64,000 nt of DNA from a virus. Below are positions 18,833 through 26,577 of this stretch, piece after piece; the first letter of the stretch is position 1, and every line of letters begins with the position of its first letter. Under the pieces are notes generated by a model. It was not told the DNA's origin. It ran no database searches and saw only the letters and a program-made list of their open reading frames with translations. The stretch covers positions 73,812-137,811 of the IMG/VR virus record IMGVR_UViG_3300036770_005682; one strand, written 5' to 3'. Made by a program: the position numbers and the translations under genes.

Positions 18833-18877
18833 AATGTACACCCTGTACAACACAACGTCAATGTGTTCTGCGTCACA
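18833..18877 (-). promoter_or_regulatory. sigma-A promoter with abutting CRP-like box
   Basis: TTGACG-17-TACATT; TGTGT-N6-TCACA at 18862-18877. Confidence 0.75.
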
Positions 18878-19088
18878 CCTACGTCCAGCCGATGACCTGT
18901 CGTTGCTGTGAGATGTCAGCCGCCGCAGCGATGACCAGCATCTCGTGGGCTGAGCCCCAGGTGGGCAAAAGCCCCGATGGGGTAATACCCCAGCACGGGG
19001 CTGCCAGGCGCAACCGGCCGGAAGGCCTCGATGGCCGGCCCTCCCCGAGTTATTCGAATAAGTTTTGGTCTTTGTCGAGCAAAAACGA

Positions 19089-19131
19089 CCACTTTTTGTG
19101 GTTTTTGGATAAATCCGACCACGGAAAGTGG
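19089..19131. repeat. paired CCAC-N5-GTGG palindromes within A/T tracts (copy 2)
   Basis: CCACTTTTTGTGG at 19089 and CCACGGAAAGTGG at 19119, starts 30 bp apart. Confidence 0.75.
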
Positions 19132-19286
19132 TTTTTCCTAAAACTAAAACGGAAAAGTCGAGCTCAGCTCCTCGAGCTCACGTAGCTTCGCCAGCTATGC
19201 GGGGTTGTGGGGCGGGGCTCACAACCCCGACGCATCTACTTTGACGGTGGCGGAAGACGGCTAGCGCACCTGAGCCGAGACAGCAA

Positions 19287-19325
19287 CAAGCCCGCCGTGC
19301 GGGGGGAAGGGGCACGGCGGGCTTG
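19287..19325 (-). terminator. terminator-like hairpin with C-rich loop
   Basis: CAAGCCCGCCGTGC/GCACGGCGGGCTTG stem; loop CCCTTCCCCCC on the - strand. Confidence 0.65.
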
Positions 19326-19344
19326 TGCGATTGGTGAGAATGGA

Positions 19345-19707
19345 CTACTTCCAGCAGGCAGCGGAATAGACGACTTCGCTCAGGTTGTCGCAATAGACAT
19401 CAAGCACTTCGTGCTCAACGACTAGCGTACCTTTCGCTTCGCCACGGTTCACGAGTCGGACACGGCGCACTTCGTACAGGTCTAGGTAGTTGAGTACCAC
19501 CTCAACCGCACGACTCTCTCCGCACAGCATTAGCAAGCCAATGGTCACGCCATCGCTAGCGTTCACCTTTGCCCACTTTCCACCGCACACAGCGAGAAAG
19601 GTCATCTTGCCCATTTGGGCTATGACCTCTTGCGGGTCGCAGTCACGACCTGAACGGTCAAGGTTGCGCAAGGCAATCAGAGACAGGTCGGTTTTCGTTG
19701 CTTTCAT
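19345..19707 (-). CDS. hypothetical protein
   Basis: GAAAGGGGG SD; 120 aa ending DVYCDNL.E.VY. Confidence 0.8.
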   Translation of the reverse strand: MKATKTDLSLIALRNLDRSGRDCDPQEVIAQMGKMTFLAVCGGKWAKVNASDGVTIGLLMLCGESRAVEVVLNYLDLYEVRRVRLVNRGEAKGTLVVEHEVLDVYCDNLSEVVYSAACWK

Positions 19708-19730
19708 TTCTTCACCCCCTTTCACCTTGC

Positions 19731-19775
19731 AGGGTACAAGTCGCAAGTGGGTAAGTCAATAGGACAAGTGTCACA
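19731..19775 (-). promoter_or_regulatory. sigma-A promoter with abutting CRP-like half-match
   Basis: TTGACT-17-TACCCT; TAGGA-N6-TCACA at 19760-19775. Confidence 0.7.
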
Positions 19776-19786
19776 CTCGCCAGCCA

Positions 19787-19834
19787 GCCCGCCCGCACGC
19801 CCGCCCGCACGCCCGCCCGCACGCCCGTACGCAC
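19787..19834 (+). repeat. 12-bp tandem repeat GCCCGCCCGCAC x3 plus one variant
   Basis: Read directly. Confidence 0.9.
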
Positions 19835-19925
19835 GCGCGCGTAAGAGTCCCGGACGGGATTTATTCCCGACGGGGCTCCCGCACGGGATTGACGGTGGTG
19901 GAAGAGTTCCGATGCGGGCACAAAC

Positions 19926-19955
19926 AAAATGCCCGCCCCCTTGCGGAGACGGGCA
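19926..19955 (-). terminator. intrinsic terminator
   Basis: TGCCCG...CGGGCA then TTTTG on the - strand; near copy of the 18541 hairpin. Confidence 0.65.
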
Positions 19956-19972
19956 GTTCGTTGGAGTTTCAG

Positions 19973-20329
19973 TTAGCGGTCTGGATTCGGCGTTGCCTTC
20001 ACCGTAAAAGTTCCGCTTGCATCGTGGTGGGCGAGGTGGCAAGTGAGCACTTTCGTTTCAGGGTCAAGCGAGTAACGCAATGACCATTCCGAACGGACAG
20101 TGATACTTTCCAACAACTTCATCGGAGTATCGGCGTGGAAAATGCCGTCTATCGTGCGTGCCCACAAAGGGAATCCTTCAATGCGCCACCAAGTGTCGCC
20201 TTCGTGAAGTTCCTTGTTGTGTTCAAGCATGACTTCGGCAGTCATGGCAAACAAGTCTGTCGCCATGTCCCACTCCCACTCTTCGGAAGTGTTGCTTACC
20301 TCTTCCCACTCCAAGTCGGAGTCAAGCAT
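19973..20329 (-). CDS. hypothetical protein
   Basis: GAAAGGGGGG SD; 118 aa with C-terminal HHD motif. Confidence 0.8.
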   Translation of the reverse strand: MLDSDLEWEEVSNTSEEWEWDMATDLFAMTAEVMLEHNKELHEGDTWWRIEGFPLWARTIDGIFHADTPMKLLESITVRSEWSLRYSLDPETKVLTCHLAHHDASGTFTVKATPNPDR

Positions 20330-20359
20330 GACTCCCCCCTTTCATGAGTTGAGAATGAC

Positions 20360-20414
20360 AGACTACCGACTTAGTAGCGATTAGTCAAGTAGGCATCGTG
20401 TGACATTAGGCACT
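20360..20414 (-). promoter_or_regulatory. sigma-A promoter with upstream CRP-like box
   Basis: TTGACT-17-TAGTCT; TGTGA-N6-GCACT at 20399-20414. Confidence 0.7.
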
Positions 20415-20654
20415 TCCGAGTAAGACGATAAGAATAAGGACTACAAAGATAGGCACTAATGACATGACAGCAACTTACCGCACCTGAGCCGAAAAAACAA
20501 CAACCCGATGTCGGCGATGTCGGGATGGGACGGGAGCCCCGGAGGCCCGCTGCCGGCCCACGGGGCTAACGGGTATCCGACGGTGGCGGAAGAAGGGCTC
20601 GCACTTCTCGTCGGGCTGACTTGGTCTGCTCAGTTTCAGTCGTGCTGTTTCGTG

Positions 20655-20731
20655 CGAACGCCTGTTCGGGTCGTGAGACGCTCTGCCCCTGTGTGTCTCA
20701 TGCGAACACCTGTTCGGCGAACATCTGTTCT
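20655..20731. promoter_or_regulatory. three LexA (SOS) boxes CGAAC-N4-GTTCG
   Basis: CGAACGCCTGTTCG 20655, CGAACACCTGTTCG 20703, CGAACATCTGTTCT 20718. Confidence 0.75.
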
Positions 20732-20774
20732 GTGACAAACGACACTTGCAATGTGTCCTTGACACCTGTACCCT
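20731..20774 (+). promoter_or_regulatory. sigma-A promoter with abutting CRP-like box
   Basis: TGTGA-N6-ACACT at 20731-20746; TTGCAA-17-TACCCT. Confidence 0.7.
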
Positions 20775-20908
20775 ACTAGGTGGGACAACCTGCCCGCCTA
20801 GCCTGTGGTGAAGCGACCTGCGTCACGGGGGGAACTAGAAAAGGTAGGGGGTGCGCCGTAGGGAAGGCGTACCTGTCCCACTCAACATAAGAACCGAGAA
20901 GGGGAACC

Positions 20909-21085
20909 ATGACACGCAAAGATTATGTCTTGCTTGCCAGTCATCTCCGCTACGCTCGTACGGGCGTTTCCGTCTCTCTGCTTGCAGGGTTTGACGAAGC
21001 CGTAGAAGCAATAGCGGACGCACTCGCAAGTGAGAACCACCGTTTTGACCGCGATAAGTTTTTGGAAGCGGTGAACCCGAACTAA
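20909..21085 (+). CDS. small phage protein (58 aa, MTRKDY...ENHRFDRDKFLEA)
   Basis: Read manually; GAAGGGG SD; resembles a common MTRKDY/N.RFD..KF small phage-protein pattern. Confidence 0.8.
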   Translation: MTRKDYVLLASHLRYARTGVSVSLLAGFDEAVEAIADALASENHRFDRDKFLEAVNPN

Positions 21086-21109
21086 ACATTCCCAACACCA
21101 CAGGCACAG

Positions 21110-21141
21110 AAAGCCCCATGCCGTTTGGCGTGGGGCTTTTT
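21110..21141 (+). terminator. intrinsic terminator
   Basis: AAAGCCCCATGCC-GTTT-GGCGTGGGGCTTTTT. Confidence 0.8.
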
Positions 21142-21322
21142 GTTTGCCCTCAACTCCCAGTCGGAACACCTCGCCAGATGGCTTTGATGGCATCTGGTAG
21201 CCCCGGAAGCCGTGCGGCAGCAACGGGGCTCCCACAGGAGTGCGACGGTGGTGGAAGTCCCCTGGTCTCCGCCTCTCCTCGCCTACCTCGCCCGCTGTCA
21301 TCATTCGTCTGTCTCAAACTGA

Positions 21323-21367
21323 TGTGACAAACGTCATGTTGTGATGTGTACCTGACAGGTGTAGTGT
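21323..21367 (+). promoter_or_regulatory. sigma-A promoter (leaderless) with abutting CRP-like box
   Basis: TGTGA-N6-TCATG at 21323-21338; TTGTGA-17-TAGTGT; ATG 7 nt later. Confidence 0.7.
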
Positions 21368-21374
21368 GCTATGT

Positions 21375-21962
21375 ATGGAAACAGCAACGAAGGAAGCCAT
21401 AGCACTACGGGTGCTTGCCGAATACTGGCAGACAGATGTAGCCCCAATGGTGAACCCACGAGCCTGTGTGCTTGCTGGACGCTTGGCGACTGTTGTGCTT
21501 GGTCGCATCGGCATTTCCACCGCCGTCTACCACACCGACACCGTTGCTATGAATGACCTGTGGTACAACCTGTTCATCGTCAAGGGGCTTGGTCAGCAGT
21601 TCCTTCCCCCTGAGGCATGGTGTGTTGGTGCTGTCACCGCAGATGTCAAGGGAACGCACAGCACGATGGTTGGCGGTTTCAGCGGTCACCTTGTTGTGAC
21701 AACCCCGCACCACTTTGTAGACCTGAGCGCAAGCCAGTTTGACCGTCCCTCACATGACATCGTGACTGGCTCGCCACTCATCGTCCCCCGTGAGAACATC
21801 ACAGACACGCCACATGGCAAGATGGTTCCGATACAGCGTGGTGTTTACATCACGAAGCCTGCCGAGAACCCTGCGTCATACCAATGGACACCCGACTGGC
21901 AGACCAACTACAAGACCTTTGCGAAGCCACTCATCACCCGCCTGCGGGAGATGTTCTCGTGA
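21375..21962 (+). CDS. hypothetical protein, possible Cys-His-Asp transglutaminase-like fold
   Basis: ACV.A...GHLVV....VDLSA.QF pattern. Confidence 0.7.
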   Translation: METATKEAIALRVLAEYWQTDVAPMVNPRACVLAGRLATVVLGRIGISTAVYHTDTVAMNDLWYNLFIVKGLGQQFLPPEAWCVGAVTADVKGTHSTMVGGFSGHLVVTTPHHFVDLSASQFDRPSHDIVTGSPLIVPRENITDTPHGKMVPIQRGVYITKPAENPASYQWTPDWQTNYKTFAKPLITRLREMFS

Positions 21963-22216
21963 CCGTACGAGACTGGTACGAGTTTGTGGAAACGGACTTG
22001 GAGAACTACGAGCGTGAGAAGTTTCGTGAGATGCTGTCCGACATCGGCTTTGATGACCTGTATGTGGAACGCACCGATGACCACGGCATTTGCTACTTGT
22101 GCGAGCGTGATGGAGTGTTGTACCTTGTAATGAACAGAGGACAACTGCGTGAGACAAATGCCTACTACCTTTGCTCTACCTGTACTAACGAGATGAAGCG
22201 AAAGACCGAAGAATGA
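21959..22216 (+). CDS. Zn-finger hypothetical protein
   Basis: GTGA overlap; CYLC...CSTC. Confidence 0.7.
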   Translation: MTVRDWYEFVETDLENYEREKFREMLSDIGFDDLYVERTDDHGICYLCERDGVLYLVMNRGQLRETNAYYLCSTCTNEMKRKTEE

Positions 22217-22371
22217 CCGGAATGTTGTATTCGCAGCGCAACGCACACTCATGCCCGTGGGGGTGCTGTGGCGATTTCGTCAAGGGTCGTGGAACGAAGC
22301 ACCGCTGTAAGAAGTGGCATCGCATCTTGCGTACCCGTGAGAAGCGCAACTGGAAGAAAGAGGAATGGTGA
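22213..22371 (+). CDS. small basic Cys-containing protein (52 aa)
   Basis: Read manually; ATGA overlap; CPWGCC, R.REKR.WKK. Confidence 0.65.
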   Translation: MTGMLYSQRNAHSCPWGCCGDFVKGRGTKHRCKKWHRILRTREKRNWKKEEW

Positions 22372-22838
22372 CTGCACCCGAATACGAAAGTTGGTGGGAC
22401 AGCGATGCTGGCAAGCCCGCCAGTCTCTGCGATGCCTGCGGGCAGAAGCAACTACTAACCCAACAGACATCGCCCGCCCTTCCTGATGGGGGCTGGATTA
22501 TGGAGTTTGAGCATTTCGGCTATTACGGCGGGTTCTCTGACGACATTGAGGTTGCGTTTGGCAAGCGAGACAGTAACTCATGGTCGCTTTGCCATGACTG
22601 CGTTGTGAAGTTCTTTGAGACATTCCCTGCGCTAGCGGAGAAGTTCGGTCGGGGGCACCACCCCAACTTCATTCACACAGACGACCTGCCGTACAGTGAG
22701 CGAGGCACATCTAGCCCGTCATGCTGTCGCTTTGCGTGGACATGGAATGTGACCGTTGAGAACGGAGAGAAGGTCTACGAGACTTTCTACGGAGATGGCA
22801 CAGGTGGCTGGGTTGCCCAGTCTAAGGAGCGAGTCTGA
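22365..22838 (+). CDS. Zn-binding hypothetical protein
   Basis: CDAC...GYYGGF.D...LCHDC. Confidence 0.75.
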   Translation: MVTAPEYESWWDSDAGKPASLCDACGQKQLLTQQTSPALPDGGWIMEFEHFGYYGGFSDDIEVAFGKRDSNSWSLCHDCVVKFFETFPALAEKFGRGHHPNFIHTDDLPYSERGTSSPSCCRFAWTWNVTVENGEKVYETFYGDGTGGWVAQSKERV

Positions 22839-22888
22839 TGGTTGTCAGCATCGTCGCCCTGATAGCCATCCTTCTGCTGTTGTCCTAG
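22838..22888 (+). CDS. 16-aa hydrophobic micropeptide MVVSIVALIAILLLLS
   Basis: TGATG overlap with the upstream stop, AAGGAG SD, last gene of the operon. Confidence 0.6.
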   Translation: MVVSIVALIAILLLLS

Positions 22889-23097
22889 AACAGCATTTCC
22901 CCGCTACTGCCCTCTTTCTTTTTTCTGCTTGTCTCTGTCTCTACGCAGATGGAGTGGGCGTACTTGTGCTGGTTCTTCACGCCCCTGATGCCTGTGTTGT
23001 TGTCACGCACCCACGCCAACACGAGTTTCATAGTTCCACTTTGGTTCGGAACTACCTCTTGGTCACAGAACTCACATCGGAAGCGAACGTACGACAT
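22885..23097 (-). CDS. small Zn-binding protein, leaderless
   Basis: CEFC...HSIC; TTGCGC-17-TATTAT (23133-23105) then ATG 7 nt later. Confidence 0.7.
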   Translation of the reverse strand: MSYVRFRCEFCDQEVVPNQSGTMKLVLAWVRDNNTGIRGVKNQHKYAHSICVETETSRKKKEGSSGEMLF

Positions 23098-23183
23098 TAT
23101 GGAAATAATACCGGCCGGGGCTCCCGAGCGCAACAGCATCTTCTTTGACGGTGGTGGAAGAAGCCCCTGAACGGGGACAGCAG

Positions 23184-23213
23184 AAAGCCCACACCCGTTT
23201 CCGAGTGTGGGCT
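23184..23213 (-). terminator. intrinsic terminator
   Basis: AGCCCACAC/GTGTGGGCT stem, TTCT on the - strand. Confidence 0.65.
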
Positions 23214-23236
23214 GACTGTTGGAAGCGAGTTGTGCG

Positions 23237-23692
23237 CTAGTTGTTCTTGGCGATGAGTTGGTAAAGCGTGGAGAGCAGAGCGTCTGCGAGAGAGCCGTGC
23301 GCTTCACCTTCGTCTGTCATCGGTTCATCGGGGTCGTGCTGAAAGACGACTGCCGAACCCATTGTTCCGTCACGCTCAACGCAAGCACAGAGACGCACAC
23401 GCTGACGGAGTGGGTGCTGGCTTGGTGCGCCTTCCACTTCGCCGTTGGAGTTGAGTGGGGAAGCCCACCCCGTCGTCAGGACACCAATGCCCTGCTCGTA
23501 CTCCTGAATGTTCTCAATGCTCGGCAGGCTCGCAAGCCCTTCGTAGATGTCTCCTGCTGTCGCAAGGACACGGAAGCCGTCGGCACAGTACGCAAACAGG
23601 ACTGCCTGTTCCATACTGAAACCTTCGTCTCCTTCCTTGGAGAGTGAGTGCTGGGCGAGTAACGCCATACGCACAGGTGTTGGTGTTGTCAC
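23237..23692 (-). CDS. hypothetical protein
   Basis: GAAAGGGG SD; TTGWA.P...PSQHP.R.RVRL motif. Confidence 0.8.
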   Translation of the reverse strand: MTTPTPVRMALLAQHSLSKEGDEGFSMEQAVLFAYCADGFRVLATAGDIYEGLASLPSIENIQEYEQGIGVLTTGWASPLNSNGEVEGAPSQHPLRQRVRLCACVERDGTMGSAVVFQHDPDEPMTDEGEAHGSLADALLSTLYQLIAKNN

Positions 23693-23722
23693 TTGTTCCC
23701 CTTTCGTAGTGGTGACAGTTAC

Positions 23723-23767
23723 ACACTACACAGAACACAAACAAATGTCAATGTGTCGTTAGGCACA
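23723..23767 (-). promoter_or_regulatory. sigma-A promoter with abutting CRP-like box
   Basis: TTGACA-17-TAGTGT; TGTGT-N6-GCACA at 23752-23767. Confidence 0.75.
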
Positions 23768-23958
23768 GCCGGCAAGTCCAAACTTTGACCGAGTCCAAAC
23801 TTTGAGCAGGTCAAGACCGACAAACCGGAACGCCGGTGACATCTGGGGCTGAGAGCCCCGCGCCCCGCCGCAGCCCAACGGGGCTCCACACCACTTTGAC
23901 GGTGGCGGAAGAAGCCCTCGTGTGCGCCTGCGTGTGTGCGCCTGCGTGTGTGCGTGAA

Positions 23959-24013
23959 TGTGCCGAATGTCACTACGCACCCCTATTGACTTGCTGTTCC
24001 TGTCAAGTACACT
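23959..24013 (+). promoter_or_regulatory. sigma-A promoter with upstream CRP-like box
   Basis: TGTGC-N6-TCACT at 23959-23974; TTGACT-16-TACACT. Confidence 0.65.
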
Positions 24014-24045
24014 CAACAACACCTACTAACCGAAGGGACGGAACA

Positions 24046-24630
24046 ATGGGAATGGACGTAATCGGGAAGAACCCGAAGAACAAGAAGGGCGAATACTTCC
24101 GCAACAATGTGTGGTGGTGGCGACCCCTGTGGCAATACTGCGAGTATGTCGCACCCGAACTGACCGACAAGGTGGAATACGCTGGCTCTAATGACGGAGA
24201 CGGGCTGGACGGAGATGACGCTCGCAAGTTGGGCAACGCTCTGCGGAAAGAACTCCGCAAGGGCATGACCGCCGTGTACATCTCTGCTCGTCAGGAATAC
24301 TTGGACAGCCTGCCTGTTCGCCCGTGCGCCCATTGTGAGGCAACGGGAACTCGCAAGTGGCTGGTCAATGCCACTACAAACGAGCGCAAGCCGGCTGTGA
24401 CCTACAACTTCTTGGAAGCGTTCACCAACGAGCAGACGAACAACGGGCAACTGCCGACTTACGAGTACCACACGCCCGAAGAAGGCTGGGTGGAAGAGAC
24501 AACCGAATGTAATGGTTGTGAAGGCACGGGTGGACAGCCTGCGTGGGAACGCTCGTACCCCCTCACCGAAGAGAATGTTCGTGAGTTCGCCACCTTCTTG
24601 GTGAACTGCGGTGGATTTGAGATTTGGTGA
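24046..24630 (+). CDS. hypothetical protein with split DnaJ-type CxxCxGxG Zn finger
   Basis: MGMD, YFRNNVWWWRPLW, CAHCEATG...CNGCEGTG, C-terminal GGFEIW. Confidence 0.8.
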   Translation: MGMDVIGKNPKNKKGEYFRNNVWWWRPLWQYCEYVAPELTDKVEYAGSNDGDGLDGDDARKLGNALRKELRKGMTAVYISARQEYLDSLPVRPCAHCEATGTRKWLVNATTNERKPAVTYNFLEAFTNEQTNNGQLPTYEYHTPEEGWVEETTECNGCEGTGGQPAWERSYPLTEENVREFATFLVNCGGFEIW

Positions 24631-24848
24631 TGACCCCCGTACATGACCTTGTGCTGCGCTTCATGCGCTCAAACCTCATTGGCAAGCGTGTCACTTTGTT
24701 GTTCACTTCCGACCCCTACACCAACCTCACACGGGGTGATGAAGGCGTTGTGGACTACATTGACGACATTGGTACTGTGTTCGTCAAGTGGGACAACGGC
24801 TCTCGCTTGGGTCTTGTGGAAGGAGAAGATTTGTGGACATACAACTGA
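24630..24848 (+). CDS. DUF4314-like SH3-fold protein
   Basis: G.RV.L....DPY..L..G..G.V..IDD.GT..V.WDNGS.LGL..GED. Confidence 0.75.
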   Translation: MTPVHDLVLRFMRSNLIGKRVTLLFTSDPYTNLTRGDEGVVDYIDDIGTVFVKWDNGSRLGLVEGEDLWTYN

Positions 24849-25087
24849 CAGATGAATGGGCTGACATCTCTATTGCTGAGTTGGCTGACCTCATGGAAGA
24901 GAACTACTACCTGCTCGCAAGTACGGGTCAGGACGCTTTTTTGGCGTTCGCAGATGATGTGTTGCGTGGTGCGTTCACCGAGTATCACGGCATGAGCGAG
25001 GAACGGACTGCTTTGCTCATGGTTGAGTTTGTCAAGCGTATGGTTCTTGTGTGGGACAAGCCTGCCGTGCCTTACGAGGTGCGCTAA
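24833..25087 (+). CDS. hypothetical protein
   Basis: AAGGAG SD before GTG 24833. Confidence 0.65.
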   Translation: MDIQLTDEWADISIAELADLMEENYYLLASTGQDAFLAFADDVLRGAFTEYHGMSEERTALLMVEFVKRMVLVWDKPAVPYEVR

Positions 25088-25152
25088 TGCTGTGGTTTAT
25101 CGGTATGTCGGCACTCGCTAGTCTTATTTTGTACCTGCGCTTCTCTGACTAA
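25087..25152 (+). CDS. 21-aa hydrophobic micropeptide MLWFIGMSALASLILYLRFSD
   Basis: TAATG overlap, GAGG SD, last gene before hairpins. Confidence 0.55.
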   Translation: MLWFIGMSALASLILYLRFSD

Positions 25153-25200
25153 GTTCTCCAACAGGGGTAATCCGTCCCCCCTTTCACCTCTGTTGGACTG

Positions 25201-25244
25201 AAACCCCCAAGTCGTGTCTCACGCTGGCACGGCTTGGGGGTTTT
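25201..25244 (+). terminator. intrinsic terminator
   Basis: AAACCCCCAAG...CTTGGGGGTTTT. Confidence 0.75.
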
Positions 25245-25380
25245 CTCATGTCCGAACTTCGGTGGCCATCTACGGCCAGCATCACAGATGGTAAATACGA
25301 CCCGCCGGGGCTCCCGCCCGCCCGCCCGTCACTACTTTGACGGTGGCGGAAGAGCAGGGACACGAGAGTGGGTACACGAG

Positions 25381-25417
25381 AAAGGGGTCGCCCACCGCAT
25401 TTGGCAGGCGACCCCTT
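25381..25417 (-). terminator. intrinsic terminator
   Basis: AAGGGGTCGCC/GGCGACCCCTT stem. Confidence 0.65.
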
Positions 25418-25435
25418 AGCAGGGACGGTCAGTTG

Positions 25436-26011
25436 TCAGTTCTGCGAGTTCTGATAGGCGTGACACGCCTTCGTGAAGGCACGGAAGATGTCGGAGACAA
25501 CGCCGTGGAGTTCTCCATCAGCGATGTCAGGCTCGTCATACACAGGCAGTCCGTTGTCGTCATAGCGATAGAACACGGTCGCACCGATGGGTTCTCCGTC
25601 CCACGGATACACGCTGACGATGATGCCTTCACGAACATCGGTGGAAGGGTTCGTCTTGTATTCCTCTTCGTACGCACCACGGTCGTGATTTTCCAACTCT
25701 TCTTCGGTCACACTTCCAGCAGGCTTGGCGTAGCCTTCCACGATGTAGGCGAGCCACTTCCAGCGAACAGACTGAAAGTTGTCCACCATTCCTTCTGCGA
25801 GTCCTGACAACATCAACGGCAAGGTGTCGGTCGGGTGTCCTTCCATCAGGTCGGGCATAATGAAGCCGTCACCGCTCGGCAGTTCACCAACAAGGGTGGG
25901 CGGTGCGTCCGTTATCCCTTTGTTCTCTTCACAGATGCCGTACTTGGCTTCCATCGCACGGGCAACGACAGCCAACAGAATGTCTGTTGGCGTCATCTCT
26001 TCTTCTTCCAT
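25436..26011 (-). CDS. hypothetical protein
   Basis: 191 aa, AAGGGG SD, own promoter and terminator. Confidence 0.8.
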   Translation of the reverse strand: MEEEEMTPTDILLAVVARAMEAKYGICEENKGITDAPPTLVGELPSGDGFIMPDLMEGHPTDTLPLMLSGLAEGMVDNFQSVRWKWLAYIVEGYAKPAGSVTEEELENHDRGAYEEEYKTNPSTDVREGIIVSVYPWDGEPIGATVFYRYDDNGLPVYDEPDIADGELHGVVSDIFRAFTKACHAYQNSQN

Positions 26012-26046
26012 TTGGTTCCCCCTTATGGGTAGTAGGTACAGGTGTC

Positions 26047-26090
26047 AGTTTATGGTGTGTCCAACCTGTTGTCAAGTGCCATCGGTCACA
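26047..26090 (-). promoter_or_regulatory. sigma-A promoter with abutting CRP-like box
   Basis: TTGACA-17-TAAACT; AGTGC-N6-TCACA at 26075-26090. Confidence 0.75.
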
Positions 26091-26253
26091 CGCCTGAAAC
26101 TTGGAGTCAGTCCAAAGTTTGAGCAAGTCCAGCCCGCACCACGAGCCAGAAGGTCTGGCTGAGGGCAGAAGCCCCGCGCCCCGATGCTGCCGTCCGGGGC
26201 TCATCAGCCTGACGGTGGCGGAAGAAGCCCCTGCGCCCTGTACCCTGTACCGT

Positions 26254-26415
26254 ATGGGTCGGCGTAAGCACATCGCACAACCGAAATGGACGGCAGACGA
26301 GCGCACAGCGTTCGGTGATGGGGTGCGTACACGAGCAAGCACCGTGCCTGACAAGCGCAAGCGGGAGAGCAAGCGAGCCTGCCGACAGCCTGTGACGGAC
26401 GACACAGAGAAATAG
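26254..26415 (+). CDS. small basic protein
   Basis: TACCCT 7 nt before ATG; RA.TVPDKRK..SK.ACR. Confidence 0.6.
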   Translation: MGRRKHIAQPKWTADERTAFGDGVRTRASTVPDKRKRESKRACRQPVTDDTEK

Positions 26416-26484
26416 TTGCTTTTCGTGTGTGGGGTGTGTAGTGTTCCCCTTGTACCTGACACCCACAGCAGGAAGCGATAAGGG

Positions 26485-26539
26485 TGTGGCGAATGTCACA
26501 CAAGAACCTATTGACAAGTGCTTGTGTCCCCTGTAAGGT
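26485..26539 (+). promoter_or_regulatory. sigma-A promoter with upstream CRP-like box
   Basis: TGTGG-N6-TCACA at 26485-26500; TTGACA-17-TAAGGT. Confidence 0.75.
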
Positions 26540-26577
26540 ACACATTGTCCACAAGTCCCCAAACAAGAAAGAAGGAA

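Noticed and set aside
25337-25807. ORF-track entries containing TVAEE or FFRHRQ (e.g. 25337..25807, 34444..34668, 19889..20083)
   Set aside because: These are translations of the DNA motif in shadow frames that overlap better genes or terminators; not a peptide repeat family
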